DNA of 64,000 nucleotides from Rhina ancylostomus (taxonomy: Eukaryota), in the NCBI GenBank assembly GCA_030265395.1, contig JARFYF010000104.1:79910453-79974452 (forward strand). The letters are read 5' to 3'. Shown here one piece after another: positions 26,111-38,262 of the stretch. How positions within the stretch are numbered: the stretch's first letter is position 1; each line of letters opens with the position of its first letter. Under the pieces are notes generated by a model that saw only the letters and a program-made list of their open reading frames with translations, had not been told where the DNA came from and searched no databases. Made by a program: the position numbers and the translations under genes.

Positions 26111-27181
26111 AATGCCCAAAAATAAATGGGGAAAAAAAGCTTTGCACTATGAATGAATAATAAGTTTCAGGATCCTGATATCTGCAGCTAAATGATGTCC
26201 ATGAATAAGCTTAATATAAAAATTGAATAATTAGATAACATTTCAAGATTCTTCTACAGTCACTTAAAAACTCAATAGGCATCCAATCTAATGTTAGCAT
26301 TAAAATCACTACCTTGCCTACATTTCTCCACAAGAATCTCAGTACTATTGCAATGAATCCAATGCAAACTTTCACAGCCTTTCCAATACTCAAGCTAGGA
26401 AGTCTGAGCTATGATTAAATCAGGTGCAAAACAATGGCCTTCTTCAAAACAATGGGATAAAGGTAAGGGGTATTTTCCCCTTCATTTAGTTTAAAGTCTT
26501 TAATTGTTGAGTGTCTAAGATTAAGGTTTGTAAAACTTTGTTTTAAGAAAAAAAAGTTAAACTCTTATTAAATCCCAAATGACTTGAATGTTTTCTGATT
26601 GACAATGACATTCAATGACAGTAACAGCTTTGAAAACTGGTGAGGCTGTGAGTGTGGCCTCACCATCTGTCAAAGGTGTTCTGTAAAGTCTGCTCTGATA
26701 CAACCCCTTTGCTGCTTTTTGCTAATCCAAAATTCTGAGCCAAAGGGCTGCACTTGGGGCCAGAGTGGAAAAATAGCTCAGCTCAGAAATGCTAACAATC
26801 TTGAGGCTATAAAAGATCCATCCCTATATATATTTCCTTAAAGCAATCAATGTAGTAAGGCATTTCTGCATTATGTCCAAGGATCTATAAACAATGATCC
26901 GAACTGAAAAAAGTAACCTTCTTAGCAACTCTTGACTCTTCTACTCAGCTGTAAGATATAAAATAGCTGTATTTGAAAATGTGATATGTCTAGTTAGGAA
27001 GTAGCCATCCATTTCCAAAACACAATTTTAGAAATAATATATTTAACATCTTAATGATGTTAGAAAATGAATATTTTAATTTTTTGCCTTAAATTTTCAC
27101 AAAAAAATAGTGGAAGGAATTAGCAATAAAGTGGAACATCTAAACACTCAACAAGTATAATTAAACTGAAGGAAATCAAGA

Positions 27182-28114
27182 CAAGAGATTCTGCAGATCT
27201 GGAATCTGNNNNNNNNNNNNNNNNNNNNNNNNNNNNNNNNNNNNNNNNNNNNNNNNNNNNNNNNNNNNNNNNNNNNNNNNNNNNNNNNNNNNNNNNNNNN
27301 NNNNNNNNNNNNNNNNNNNNNNNNNNNNNNNNNNNNNNNNNNNNNNNNNNNNNNNNNNNNNNNNNNNNNNNNNNNNNNNNNNNNNNNNNNNNNNNNNNNN
27401 NNNNNNNNNNNNNNNNNNNNNNNNNNNNNNNNNNNNNNNNNNNNNNNNNNNNNNNNNNNNNNNNNNNNNNNNNNNNNNNNNNNNNNNNNNNNNNNNNNNN
27501 NNNNNNNNNNNNNNNNNNNNNNNNNNNNNNNNNNNNNNNNNNNNNNNNNNNNNNNNNNNNNNNNNNNNNNNNNNNNNNNNNNNNNNNNNNNNNNNNNNNN
27601 NNNNNNNNNNNNNNNNNNNNNNNNNNNNNNNNNNNNNNNNNNNNNNNNNNNNNNNNNNNNNNNNNNNNNNNNNNNNNNNNNNNNNNNNNNNNNNNNNNNN
27701 NNNNNNNNNNNNNNNNNNNNNNNNNNNNNNNNNNNNNNNNNNNNNNNNNNNNNNNNNNNNNNTTTCCTCTTCCCCCACCCTCATGACCTGCCCATCTATT
27801 CCCCACCTCCTTCCCTTTATTCCATGGTCCACTGCCCTCTCCTACCAGATTCCTCCTTCTTCAGCCCTTTGCCTCTTCTATCACTGCTCAGCTTCTTATA
27901 TCTCCCCCCCTCCCCTCTACCTTCCCCCGCTCTCCTGGACTCACCCATCACCTGCCTGCATGTACTCTTCCCCCTGCCCTGATCATCTGATTCTGGTTTC
28001 TGCCCTCTTCCTTTCCAGTCCTGATGAAGCGTCTTGACACAAAATGTTGACTGTTCATTTCTCTCCATAGATGCTGCCTGATCTGCTGAGTTCCTCCAGC
28101 ATTTTGTGCATGTT
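27182..28114 (+). mobile_element. Penelope-derived element with inverted termini, hammerhead remnant and 16-bp flanking direct repeat
   Basis: ctgaaggaaatcaaga at 27166-27181 and 28115-28130; hammerhead-like motif at 28016-28053. Confidence 0.8.
28016..28053 (+). ncRNA. Degenerate minimal type I hammerhead ribozyme motif
   Basis: cagtc CTGATGA a gcgt-cttg-acac AAAA t gtt gactg. Stem I cagtc/gactg is intact; core GAAA is mutated to AAAA. Confidence 0.65.
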
Positions 28115-28894
28115 CTGAAGGAAATCAAGATACAAGTTTCTGAAACACTATGTAACTCTTTGGCTAATTTCTGACATTCTGCCTTTAGCTTAATGTTTGA
28201 ATTATTAAAAATATTTATAATCCACATATTGAACACCAAGTTTCAAATCATAGAAGGTAAATACTGGGCATGAAGTTTTTTTAAAAAAACATTTTAGATG
28301 CAAAACCAGCAAGTTCAAATCTGTTTAGACTTCTGAAATGCAAGTCATTCCAAACAATTTATTTGAATTATTTAGCTACAAAAGGGTGAAGGAGTAAAAA
28401 TAAGGATGACATTATCTCAACGCATGCCAAGAAATTGGGTTAACAGAATGCTGTGAGCACAGTAAAGAACAGCTTCCAATCTGGATGCAGCAACTTCAGA
28501 AAACAAAATGCATAAACAAAAGCAATTATTTCAGCACTAGAGGTCAGCTCCCCTCAGAAGAAATTTTTTTTATTATAATGGAGTGGGTTATTTACTAATT
28601 TAAAAATCCACTTACGATTAATATTCCAAACAAGGAAGCTAAGATTGTTGCCTTTGATTTAGAAGTTTTGTGACTCTTGAGCTTGGCCATTTTATTTAAT
28701 CCAACATTAAGGAGGTGAGAGTTATAAAGGAGTACTGGAGGTTAAAAATAAATTTGAGAAGCTAGCTGAATACAAGTAATGAGACATTATTTTCTCTGCC
28801 AGAGTTTGCATATCTAGTTCTAATGTTGGAAGTAGCTCTAACAGTTCACTATCCTTTTAAGATAAAAATACAAAGAAAAATAAACATTTCTTAC

Positions 28895-28948
28895 CGTATC
28901 ATCACTAAAATCTATTGCATCCAAATCTAAGTACTCAGGGATATCCAT
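28895..28948 (-). CDS. SNCAIP: Synphilin-1 first coding exon (exon 2; whole exon 28895-28995 including 47 nt of 5'UTR)
   Basis: Translates MDIPEYLDLDAIDFSDDT, versus human MEAPEYLDLDEIDFSDDIS. Acceptor ttatctttccag| at 28996-28997, donor ACG|gtaaga, phase 0. Kozak context acaATGG. Confidence 0.95.
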
Positions 28949-29134
28949 TGTTCATCAAAGCACATTTTGGATTACTGCTTATCAAGAATGGCAATCTGGA
29001 AAGATAATAAAATCACACTGTAACAATATGTAACTTGTTCAAGATTTCATGCAGCATAAAAGAGTCATTACAAGCAAAAAATGCAGATAATCCTAAACAT
29101 TCCCAATATGAAAGGAGTGCAGATTATTTGAGAA

Positions 29135-29200
29135 TGACTATTAGCCAGGACACAGGAAGAATTCCTTGCTCTTTGAAAAAGATGTAATTGGACCCTGAAG
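29135..29200 (-). mobile_element. SacSINE1-like Deu-domain fragment
   Basis: tattagccaggacacaggaagaattccttgctctttgaaa resembles the reverse complement of the Deu domain core (from recall). Confidence 0.45.
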
Positions 29201-29479
29201 AGCTACTTGAAATTCATGACTGTTCCGAAAGTTTTGTATACCTACTACTGTTTGTGTTATTACTGCATGCAGCTNNNNNNNNNNNNNNNNNNNNNNNNNN
29301 NNNNNNNNNNNNNNNNNNNNNNNNNNNNNNNNNNNNNNNNNNNNNNNNNNNNNNNNNNNNNNNNNNNNNNNNNNNNNNNNNNNNNNNNNNNNNNNNNNNN
29401 NNNNNNNNNNNNNNNNNNNNNNNNNNNNNNNNNNNNNNNNNNNNNNNNNNNNNNNNNNNNNNNNNNNNNNNNNNNATTG

Positions 29480-30070
29480 TGGATAAATGTTCTCATTTTT
29501 CAGCAGTTGTTTACCAACAGAAACTCCTCTGTTACGTAGACCTTCACCGATTAGATGGGAGCTAAGTCATTTTAAAGAATGGAATGAAGGCAGTAGAAAA
29601 CAAAGATCTGAGCTCAGAAGATCAAGAAGCACAACCTGCTTGGGTGCAGCAAAGAAAAAGCAAGGGGGTGAAACCATTAGAGGAAGTTGCATAAAGGGCC
29701 TCAAACATTGATAATGATGTAGGGGAAAACAGTATAATCCAGGAAATTGTAGATGTAACAAGGATAACATGGTAATCACTGGGAACAGCAATCTAAATAC
29801 AAACTGAACAAACCAAATTAGAATTAATCATATGATTGATGAATGTATGGATTGAAAAAGAGATGGTTTTCTGGTAAAGTAGGTTGAAGAACCAAAAGTT
29901 AGTATTTTGTAATGAGAAAGGCTTACTTGAGGACCTGTTAGTTAATGGGCTTGGCAAAACAGTGATCATTATTTAATAGTGTTTGATATACAGATTGGAA
30001 ACTGTTTAGTTCAGTCTCAAACCAGATTCATTAATGTAAATAAAGCAAATTACAAAGGCATGAGTTGGCA
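29480..30070 (+). mobile_element. Decayed CR1 endonuclease-region fragment
   Basis: Degenerate similarity to the CR1 ORF2 N-terminal region, with many stops. Confidence 0.45.
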
Positions 30071-30774
30071 ATAGCAGGTATGGAAGCATAATCAACTGCA
30101 TAATCTACTCCAAACTCACTGTTTTGCCTTCCAATGAAACCTGGTGTCAGCTTTAGGAACAACAATTAATATTTGTGTCAGGCAATTTGTAATGGTCTTG
30201 TCTGAATGCTGATTTTTTATTAACCACATGTTAATCTGAACCTCATTTTCTTTGCAACATAGGATAAGCATGCTGATGTTTCTGGTTAAATTCGGAGAAT
30301 TTGTGGTTATGTTAGCAGACTTAGATAGAAATGGATTAGTGTGTAACTTTCTGAATTCAATAATTTGAACAACAGTAGAATCAGTGAAGCAATGACTTCA
30401 TTATCTATAACATCACTGTTTTAATAAAAGACAGGTCCTATCCAATACCTTCATGCTCTCAGACTTTGCTTGATACCAGCTCACGGAGTCACAGTTGAAG
30501 CATTAAATGTCAAATTTGAAAAAGAGTAAGTAGAAAGCAAATTATTTACATTTTTGCTAAGGCTGAATAGTTATTTTATAAAATTATGTTTACAGCTTTA
30601 CATCATTCAACTGCAGTGACATGAAGATGCAATCAGCCTAATTGAGCTTCCCATAGCATTTTGATAAAGAATATTGTTCAAAAAAGTTACAAAACATGGC
30701 TGACTAAATTAAGGATTTGGATTCTGTAAGTTCAATTAACCAAAATACAGAGTATGACATTTTAAGATTATGAC

Positions 30775-30870
30775 TCAATACTGGAGCATCAGCTTCGATT
30801 TTGTGCACATCTCCGGAGAGTGACTTAAACCCACAACATTTTGACTCAGAAGTAAGAGTGCTACCACAAA
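30775..30870 (-). mobile_element. SacSINE1-like tRNA head
   Basis: Minus strand gtggtagcactcttacttctgagtcaaaatgttgtgggtttaagtcactctcc carries A and B boxes. Confidence 0.6.
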
Positions 30871-31169
30871 ACCACATTTTATAAGCTGCATATTCTGAAA
30901 TTATAATGGCCTTACATACAGCATATTGTAGAGATATGTCAAAACTAACTGCTGGTATCTGATTATTTTTTATATATGTTTGCAGTTTCCCCAAAATTTT
31001 TGCTTATTTTGCAAACAACTCTAACCTCAATGAATGCAGCAAAATGCAGAAGGATCTTTCCATTCAAATCATATCATTAACTGTGAACTAGACATAGCAA
31101 GGTCAGCATGTATGTTTTGCTTTCATTTATTTACTAATTATTCTCCCACACTCATCTTGCAATTTTTTC

Positions 31170-31700
31170 CATAAGAACACAAGAAACTAGAGCAAGAATA
31201 GAACATATGGCCTTCAAACCTGCTCTGTCATTCAATACGATCATCGCAGAACTGAACTCATCCATGAATACATTCAATGAGTCCGCCTCTATAGCCCTCT
31301 GTGGTAAAGAATGACCTTAATTTACAATCCTTAGAGAAAAATCTTCCTCATCCCCTTTGTAAATAAACCATCATCTATTTTGAAACAATGTCCCTACTTC
31401 CACAAGAGGAAACTTCCTCTCACCATCTATTCAGTCAAGCTCCTCACAATCTGAAATGCTTCAATAAAATCATGAGTGTTTTGCATTTTTCTTCTTGGTT
31501 CTTGATTCAAATATGGTTTCATTCTGATTGATCCATCCTGTATTCCTCAAAGATCAATACATCTTTACTGATGTGTGGAGCCCAAAACGCAAATGAGATG
31601 GAGTCTGATCAAAGCTACGTACAATCAAAATAGTACCTTCCTTGCTCTTCAATTTCAATTTGCCTGCAATAAAGCCAATAGTTTTTAATTACTTATTGTA
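31170..31700 (-). mobile_element. CR1 3' fragment
   Basis: cataagaacacaagaaactagagcaaga tail with CR1 ORF2 C-terminal remnants. Confidence 0.6.
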
Positions 31701-32474
31701 TCGGTGCACGAGTGTAATTATGCATTCAAATAGCATGGGAACATAATTCTCCATGCTATCACTTTGGCAGAATATGGAAATATATATTTCTACAGAATAC
31801 ATTTGCATTAGTCTCCAATATGAAGAAACGTTACCATCTTAAATGTGAAGAGATAATTGAAGGCAACCACTGTGGATTTTAATTTTCAGGTTTGTGTGCA
31901 GTTTAATCTAAGGATTATTCTTATATCAAGAATTAAAACTGCTTTCAGGGACTGAGACATGCCATGTGTTTTTCCTCATTTGCTAAGATATTATTCTTCT
32001 TTGTTAATAATTCAGCTTCATGGTTTTACATTCAATCACAGATTATACCAGCCGAGATTTATTGTGGTGGCAGTCTAGACTATAAAATTCTTATCAGTGC
32101 TCTTGAATACCCAGAAATGATGTAGCAGGCAATACATACCAACAATATCTGTTAATTCTGGCAGTCTTAAATTGGTAACTATCCCTTTTGCAGTTAAAAC
32201 TAGAAAATAAAGAACCTTTCTGGAGAAAATGAAGTAGATTTTCAGATATGGTTGAAAATACAATTTAAAAGATTTCTGCAGGTTCCANNNNNNNNNNNNN
32301 NNNNNNNNNNNNNNNNNNNNNNNNNNAGTCGCAAAACTAAAACCTCAACACGCCTACTCTTTCAAATATCAACTTCACCTTCAAATATTTCCACATTATT
32401 TTGTTTTACTTTCCTAGGGCAGCATATCCCACTCACTAATAAACTGTTATGTAAATGAGTAAAATCTAAACCAC

Positions 32475-35400
32475 AAGACCAGAAGACAATTCAGCCCAAG
32501 TCCTGCTCCATCATTTAAAAGGATCATGGATGATTCAACATTTCTCACCCACTGTCCTGCACTACCCCCCATAATCTTTGATTCCCTTACTGACTAAAAA
32601 TCTATCTACTTCAGCCTTAAATATACACAAGGACTCTGCCCCCACGTCTCTGTGGCAAGGAGTTCTAAAGATTCACAATGGTGAGAAGAAATTCTTCCTC
32701 ATCTCAGTCTTAAATAAATGCCCTCTTATTCCAAAACCTTGCCCTCTGGTTCTGGACTTTCCCAAAAGAGGAAACATCCACCCAGTATTTATCCTATCTA
32801 GCCTAAGAACCTTATGTTTCAGATTGTCTCTCATTTGATGTAATCCTGGTGAACCGTCTCTGAACAAGCTCCATTGAAATCTTTCTTAAAAGATGAATTA
32901 TTGCAGTTCTATTCTGCGAACTATTGTATGGCACAAGACACAGGAGCAGAATTAGACCATTTGGCCCTTTGAGTCTGCTCCACCATTTGATGACCTTACT
33001 AATCAAGAACCTATCAACCTTCACTTTAAATACACCTAGTGACTTGGCCTCCACAGCCATCTGTGGCAAAGAATTCTACAGATTCACCACCCTCTGGCTA
33101 AAGAGTAGCAGACAATACAAAGATTGGTGGTGTGGTAGATAGCATAGAAGGCCACCAAATGATACAGCAGGATATAGATCAGTTGCAGATATGGGCAGAG
33201 AAACAGTAGATGGAGTTTAACGTGGCCAAATCCAAGGTGTTGCACTTTGGGAGATCAAATGTAAAGGGACAGTACACAGTTAATGGCAAGACCCTTAACA
33301 GCGTTGATGTAGAGGAATCATGGGGTCTACATCCATCACTTCCTGAAAGTGGCTGCACAGGTTGATAGTGCAGTAACGGTGGTGTATGACATACTTGCCT
33401 TTATTAGTTGAGGCATGTTCAAAAGTTGGAAAGCTATGTTGCAGCTTCATAGAACTTTAGTTAGGCCATATCTGGAGTACTGCATTCAATTATTATTATA
33501 AGAAGGATGTGGAGGCTTTGGAGAGGGTGCCGAAGAGATTTACCAGGATATTACCTGAATTAGAGGGCATGTGACATAAGGAGAGGTTAGACAAATTTGG
33601 GTTGTTTTCTCTGGTGTGGCAGAAGCAGAGGGGAGACCTGATAGAAGTTTATAAGATTATGAGAAGCACAGATATGGTAGACAGTCAGGATCTTTTCCCC
33701 CAGGGTTGAAATATCTAATACTAGAGGGAATGCATTTAAAGTGAGAAGGGGCAAGTTCAAAGGAGATGCAAGGGACAATTTCCCCTCCCCCCCTCCCACA
33801 ATAGAGTTGTGGGTGCCTGGAATGTGCTGCCAGGGGTGGTAGTAGAGGCAAATATGACAGAGATGTTTAAAAGGCTCTTAGATAGGCATATCAACGTGCA
33901 GAGAATGGAGGGATTTGGAGATTGTGTAGGCAGAAGGGATTAGCACCATTAGTCATTTAATTACTAGTTTAGTTTAATTAGTTTGGCACAACACCGTGGG
34001 CCAAAGGGCCTGTTCCTATGCTGTAACTAAAATGGTTTGCAGTATTCAGGACATGATCTCACAAGTACATTGTATAGTTGAGGACACTTCCCTAATTTTA
34101 TACTCTAAGCCACTGAAGTCTCCCCTATTACCTCCTGCACTTGTATACTAGCTTTTTGTGCTTCATGCACAAGTACCCCTATGCATCAAGCTGTAGATTT
34201 CTCCCCCCCCCATTTAGATAATATTGTTCTTCCTTCCAAAATGAACAACTTCACAATTCCCACATCATACTCAATTTGCCAACCTTTTCCCCACTCACTT
34301 AACCTTCCAATGCAATCACAAAGAAGGTGTGCCAGTGGCCCTAGTTTCACAGAAGCAGATTTGGTATGTCACCAAATACTCCAACAAACCTCCATAGATG
34401 CACTGTTGCAAGTATCCTGACTGGTTGCATGATGGCCTGGTACAGCAATTTCAATACACAGGAATACAAAAGGATGCAGAAAGTAATGGACACAGCCCAG
34501 TCTATTACAGTCACAGTGCTCCCTACCACTGACAGCATCTATAGGAGGTACCGTCTCAAGGCAGAGGCATCGATCATCGAAGGCCCCCATCTGTGTTATG
34601 TCTCTTCTCATTGTTACCATCAGGAAGGAGGTACAGAAGCATGAAGTCCCACACCACCAGGTTCAGGAACAGCTACTTTCCTACAACCATCAGGTTCTTG
34701 AATGGACCTGCACAACCCTAACCATAACCCTACTTCAGCAATGAAACACTACAGACCACCTCTTACACTACCATGGACTTGTCTCCGATTGCATCTTTTT
34801 TTCCCCTCTCTCTTCGCTGTCTTGTACAATTTATATTTTATGTGTCATCTGTCCCTACATGCCTGTGATGCTGCTGCAAGGAAGTTTTTACTAGTGCACG
34901 ACAATAAACTCAACCCGACATGAGTGTCTTTGTAAACTGTTAGGTTCTCCTTGCAACTCACTTTTCTGCCTATTATCATGTTATCTGTTAATCTGATTAC
35001 CATATATTCACTTCCTTCTTCCAATATTGTAAAAAGTTGCATTCCCAACATTGATTCATTTGGCACCCTGCTGATTGCCAACCTGAAAACGACTCCCTTA
35101 TCCTTAGTCGCTTCTTCCTGCCCATTAGCCAATCAATGCCACTATTTTACCTCTAAACCATGGCTTCTTATGACTTGACCTTCTCCACTGGTTCAGCTCT
35201 ATCAACTGGAGTTGAGACTTTCTCAAAACTAAACTAATTTGTCAGACTATTTCCCTTTCATTGTCATACTGATTCTGTTTGATTAATTATGATTTTCCCA
35301 AATGTTTTGCTATTACTTTCTTAATAATTGATTCTAATATTTTTCCCAAAAGATTTAGGCTAATCAACCCAAGATTAGTTTTTTTCCTCCTTCCCTTTAG

Positions 35401-35600
35401 TTTGTGAATATGAGTATCGCTGATGATATTTAATTCCTCTCCCACATTATTCAATATTACAGGGTTGATTGTAGTGTCTTCTATAACAAAAACTGATGCA
35501 AAGTATTTGTTTAACACCATTATCATTTCCTTGTTTCGCCCATAACCATTCCCTTTACTTCATTTTCTAAGCAGGGTTCACTTTGACATTTTGTTTGTTA
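32475..35600. mobile_element. Nested retroelement cluster: CR1 (-) pieces, CR1 3' end (+, about 33150-34030), Rex1/Babar-like 3' end (+, about 34320-34920)
   Basis: CR1 tail gggccaaagggcctgttcctatgctgt. Peptide NLHRCTVASILTGCMMAWYSNFNTQEYKRMQKVMDTAQSIT resembles the Rex1/Babar C-terminal domain. RVPNESMLGMQLFTI is CR1 RT on the minus strand. Confidence 0.75.
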
Positions 35601-36411
35601 TATATAAAGAAACTCTGCTGCTTGTTTTCATACTGCTCACTAGTTTTCCATTGGTTTGTTTTCTGAATTTATTCCAGTCTATACTGTCTTTTTTTTTAAA
35701 AAGAAAAACGACCACCCAAATGGACTATATGCCTTCTCAGTGTAGATCTCTCACTACTTGTGTTATCTCTTATTAAGAATGAATCCCCACTACTTTTCCC
35801 TTCCCACAAGTCAAATACCCTTCCATATTAAGTTTTGGTCTTTGATTTTTTTGTAATCGCATCTCTGTAACGACTATCAGTTCACAGTTAGCTATATATG
35901 TGCCATCAAGTGATCTACACTACAACAAATGGTTCATGCTTTAAGAGCCACCTTTTGTACTACAGACCATTTTTGCCTCTCACCCTTATTTTCCTTGCCT
36001 TCTGTATTTGTTGTTATTTCTTTTATTTCTATCCTTGTTTTCCCCTCTCCCTAGTTACCTTGGCTAGGCTTCCATCATTCAGCCATTGTAGTTTAAATTC
36101 TCTCCAACATTTGCAAATCTTTCTTTTAACTTTTTACCCTTGACCCAAGTTTACAATGATCTTGACCAGAATAACCAGGATTCATTTTTTTTAGGAATCT
36201 TTAATAATTGAATAACTTATTAATTTCCTTTTCACCACAGTAAATCCACTAACCTTGAATTTTTCCCCAATGATCAAATGCTTTCAAGTAGTTCCCAGTA
36301 TACTAACTCTTTTTCTCTGCTGCCGCCAATGACTGATGGTGACACGTAGAATGACATGCACTTTACTCTCAACGTGACCATTAACACAAATGTATCACCA
36401 CTTCCCATGAA

Positions 36412-36618
36412 TTAAAAACAGAAAATGTCATAAAAACTCAGCAGGGCAAGCAGCATGTACAAAGAGAAATAGTCAGCATTGAGTCTGCAACGTGTCATCA
36501 GAACTGGAAATGCCTGATGGAAGGTCATAGACACAAGCACGTTAACTATTCCTCTTTCCACAGATGCTCTCTGACCTGAGTTTTCCAGCATTTTCTATTT
36601 GTTTCAGATTTCCAGTTC
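36412..36618. mobile_element. Palindromic miniature Penelope-derived element
   Basis: Two inverted halves (aaaacagaaaatg...ctcagcagggcaagcagcat / atgctctctgacctgag...cattttctatttg) meet at two opposed CTGATG cores. Confidence 0.65.
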
Positions 36619-38119
36619 TTCTAATTACCATTTCCCATGATCTGTGCTCTGATCTCTTAACTATCTACCCAAATAAGGTTTGCATACTATCGCTATACAC
36701 TGCTCTGCAGATGTCAGTGAGCTAAAAAGCCAATACCTCTAGACTTTCTTTTATGTCCCAAATCAGTTTGATTTACATTATTTCCCTATTTAAATCATTT
36801 TACATCCATTTGACACTCATCATCCAAGTTTCCCAATGTAGCCTCATTGTCTACTTGAGCCTTCCACTATCCCAATAGAATTTTCAGCTGAAAACTTAGC
36901 TTTGTTTCTGTCACCAGCTATATTAATTATATATCAGTTCCATTTTACTCCTTCGCTGATTGGTAGTTTTCTCTACTGCAATCCAATTACTGAGAAACTA
37001 CAAATCTGAAGTTACTAATCATGCAGATGCTACTTACATGGAAGGTCATGGACAATTTATGCCAAGCATGCTTATAAATGCTGGATGTACCATAGAACAA
37101 TACAGCACAATACAGACCCTTCGGCCCACCACGTTGTGCTGCCCTTGATTTTTATTTTCTTTTTTTCCTGTGGGCACAGAGAGACGGAGAGATGTGGTTT
37201 TAGATACTGGTGCTCAAACTCAAAAGTGATGACGTTGCATGGTCAAAAGTGGAGACAGAACAGGAGCTCTGAAGAATCTTGAATGTTCAAACTATTCAGT
37301 TGTGAATACCATTACAATGTCAACAAATTGAAAGCAACACAAACAATAAAATGGCACAGAGAGGCAAATAGATATGATAGGGAGGGGTGGCAGAGTAAGG
37401 TAGTGATGAAGTGAAAAGTGTATAAGCACTGTGGTAGAGAAATCAGACATCAAGATAAATATATACTAACATAGTAAGAAAGAAATTCTATAGTCTCCAA
37501 TAAGACAATGCAACTTATGAAAGTAGGTTTCCACATCTTGCCATTCATCTGGATATTGGTTACTTAGACTAATACTATGTTCTCTTGTGAAATCATGGAT
37601 GGTTAAAGCACCATAAAATATTTATTGTGTGCAGAAGGAATCTAGGGGCATTACTAATGAACTTAGTATACTCTAACCATATAGTGAAAGGTGGGGGAGA
37701 AAGAAAGGCAACATCTACTCAAATTCTTACCATTCAATTCAGGAACCCTTAGTGGAAAGTAAGCATACATTCATAGCTAATAAGAAGTCAACTGGCCACA
37801 ACCCTATATACATGCTCTCATGAAGGCATGAAATATGCTAATCAAATATGAAGTTTTTCATCTTTAATAGAGAGGTGTTGTAGTTGGTGGGAATGTGGGG
37901 AGAATAAAGGGTTACAGTGGAGTTAGTGTAAAATAAAAATAGGTGCTCGGTGGTTGGCACAGACTTGGAGGACCTGTTTCAATGCTGTACCTCTCTCCAG
38001 CTCTGAGCTTGGCAAAGGATGGTAATTATAAGTCAGGCTAGATGTTTTCTTCAAGCCAGAAATATATCCATACCTGTCCAGTCTCAATTACTTGATTTTT
38101 CAATCAAGTTTCAATTCAT

Positions 38120-38262
38120 AAAAGATATCTTTATTAGTCACAACTACATCAAAACACACAGTGAAATGCATCTTTTGCATAGTGTTTTCTAGGGGCAGCC
38201 CACAAGTGTTGTCATGCTTCCAGCACCAACATAGCATGCCCACAACTTCCTAACCCGTACGT
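38120..38262 (-). mobile_element. 3' tail of SINE/LINE, same as 1236-1380
   Basis: Reverse-complement match to 1236-1375; a shorter copy lies at about 40397-40440. Confidence 0.75.
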
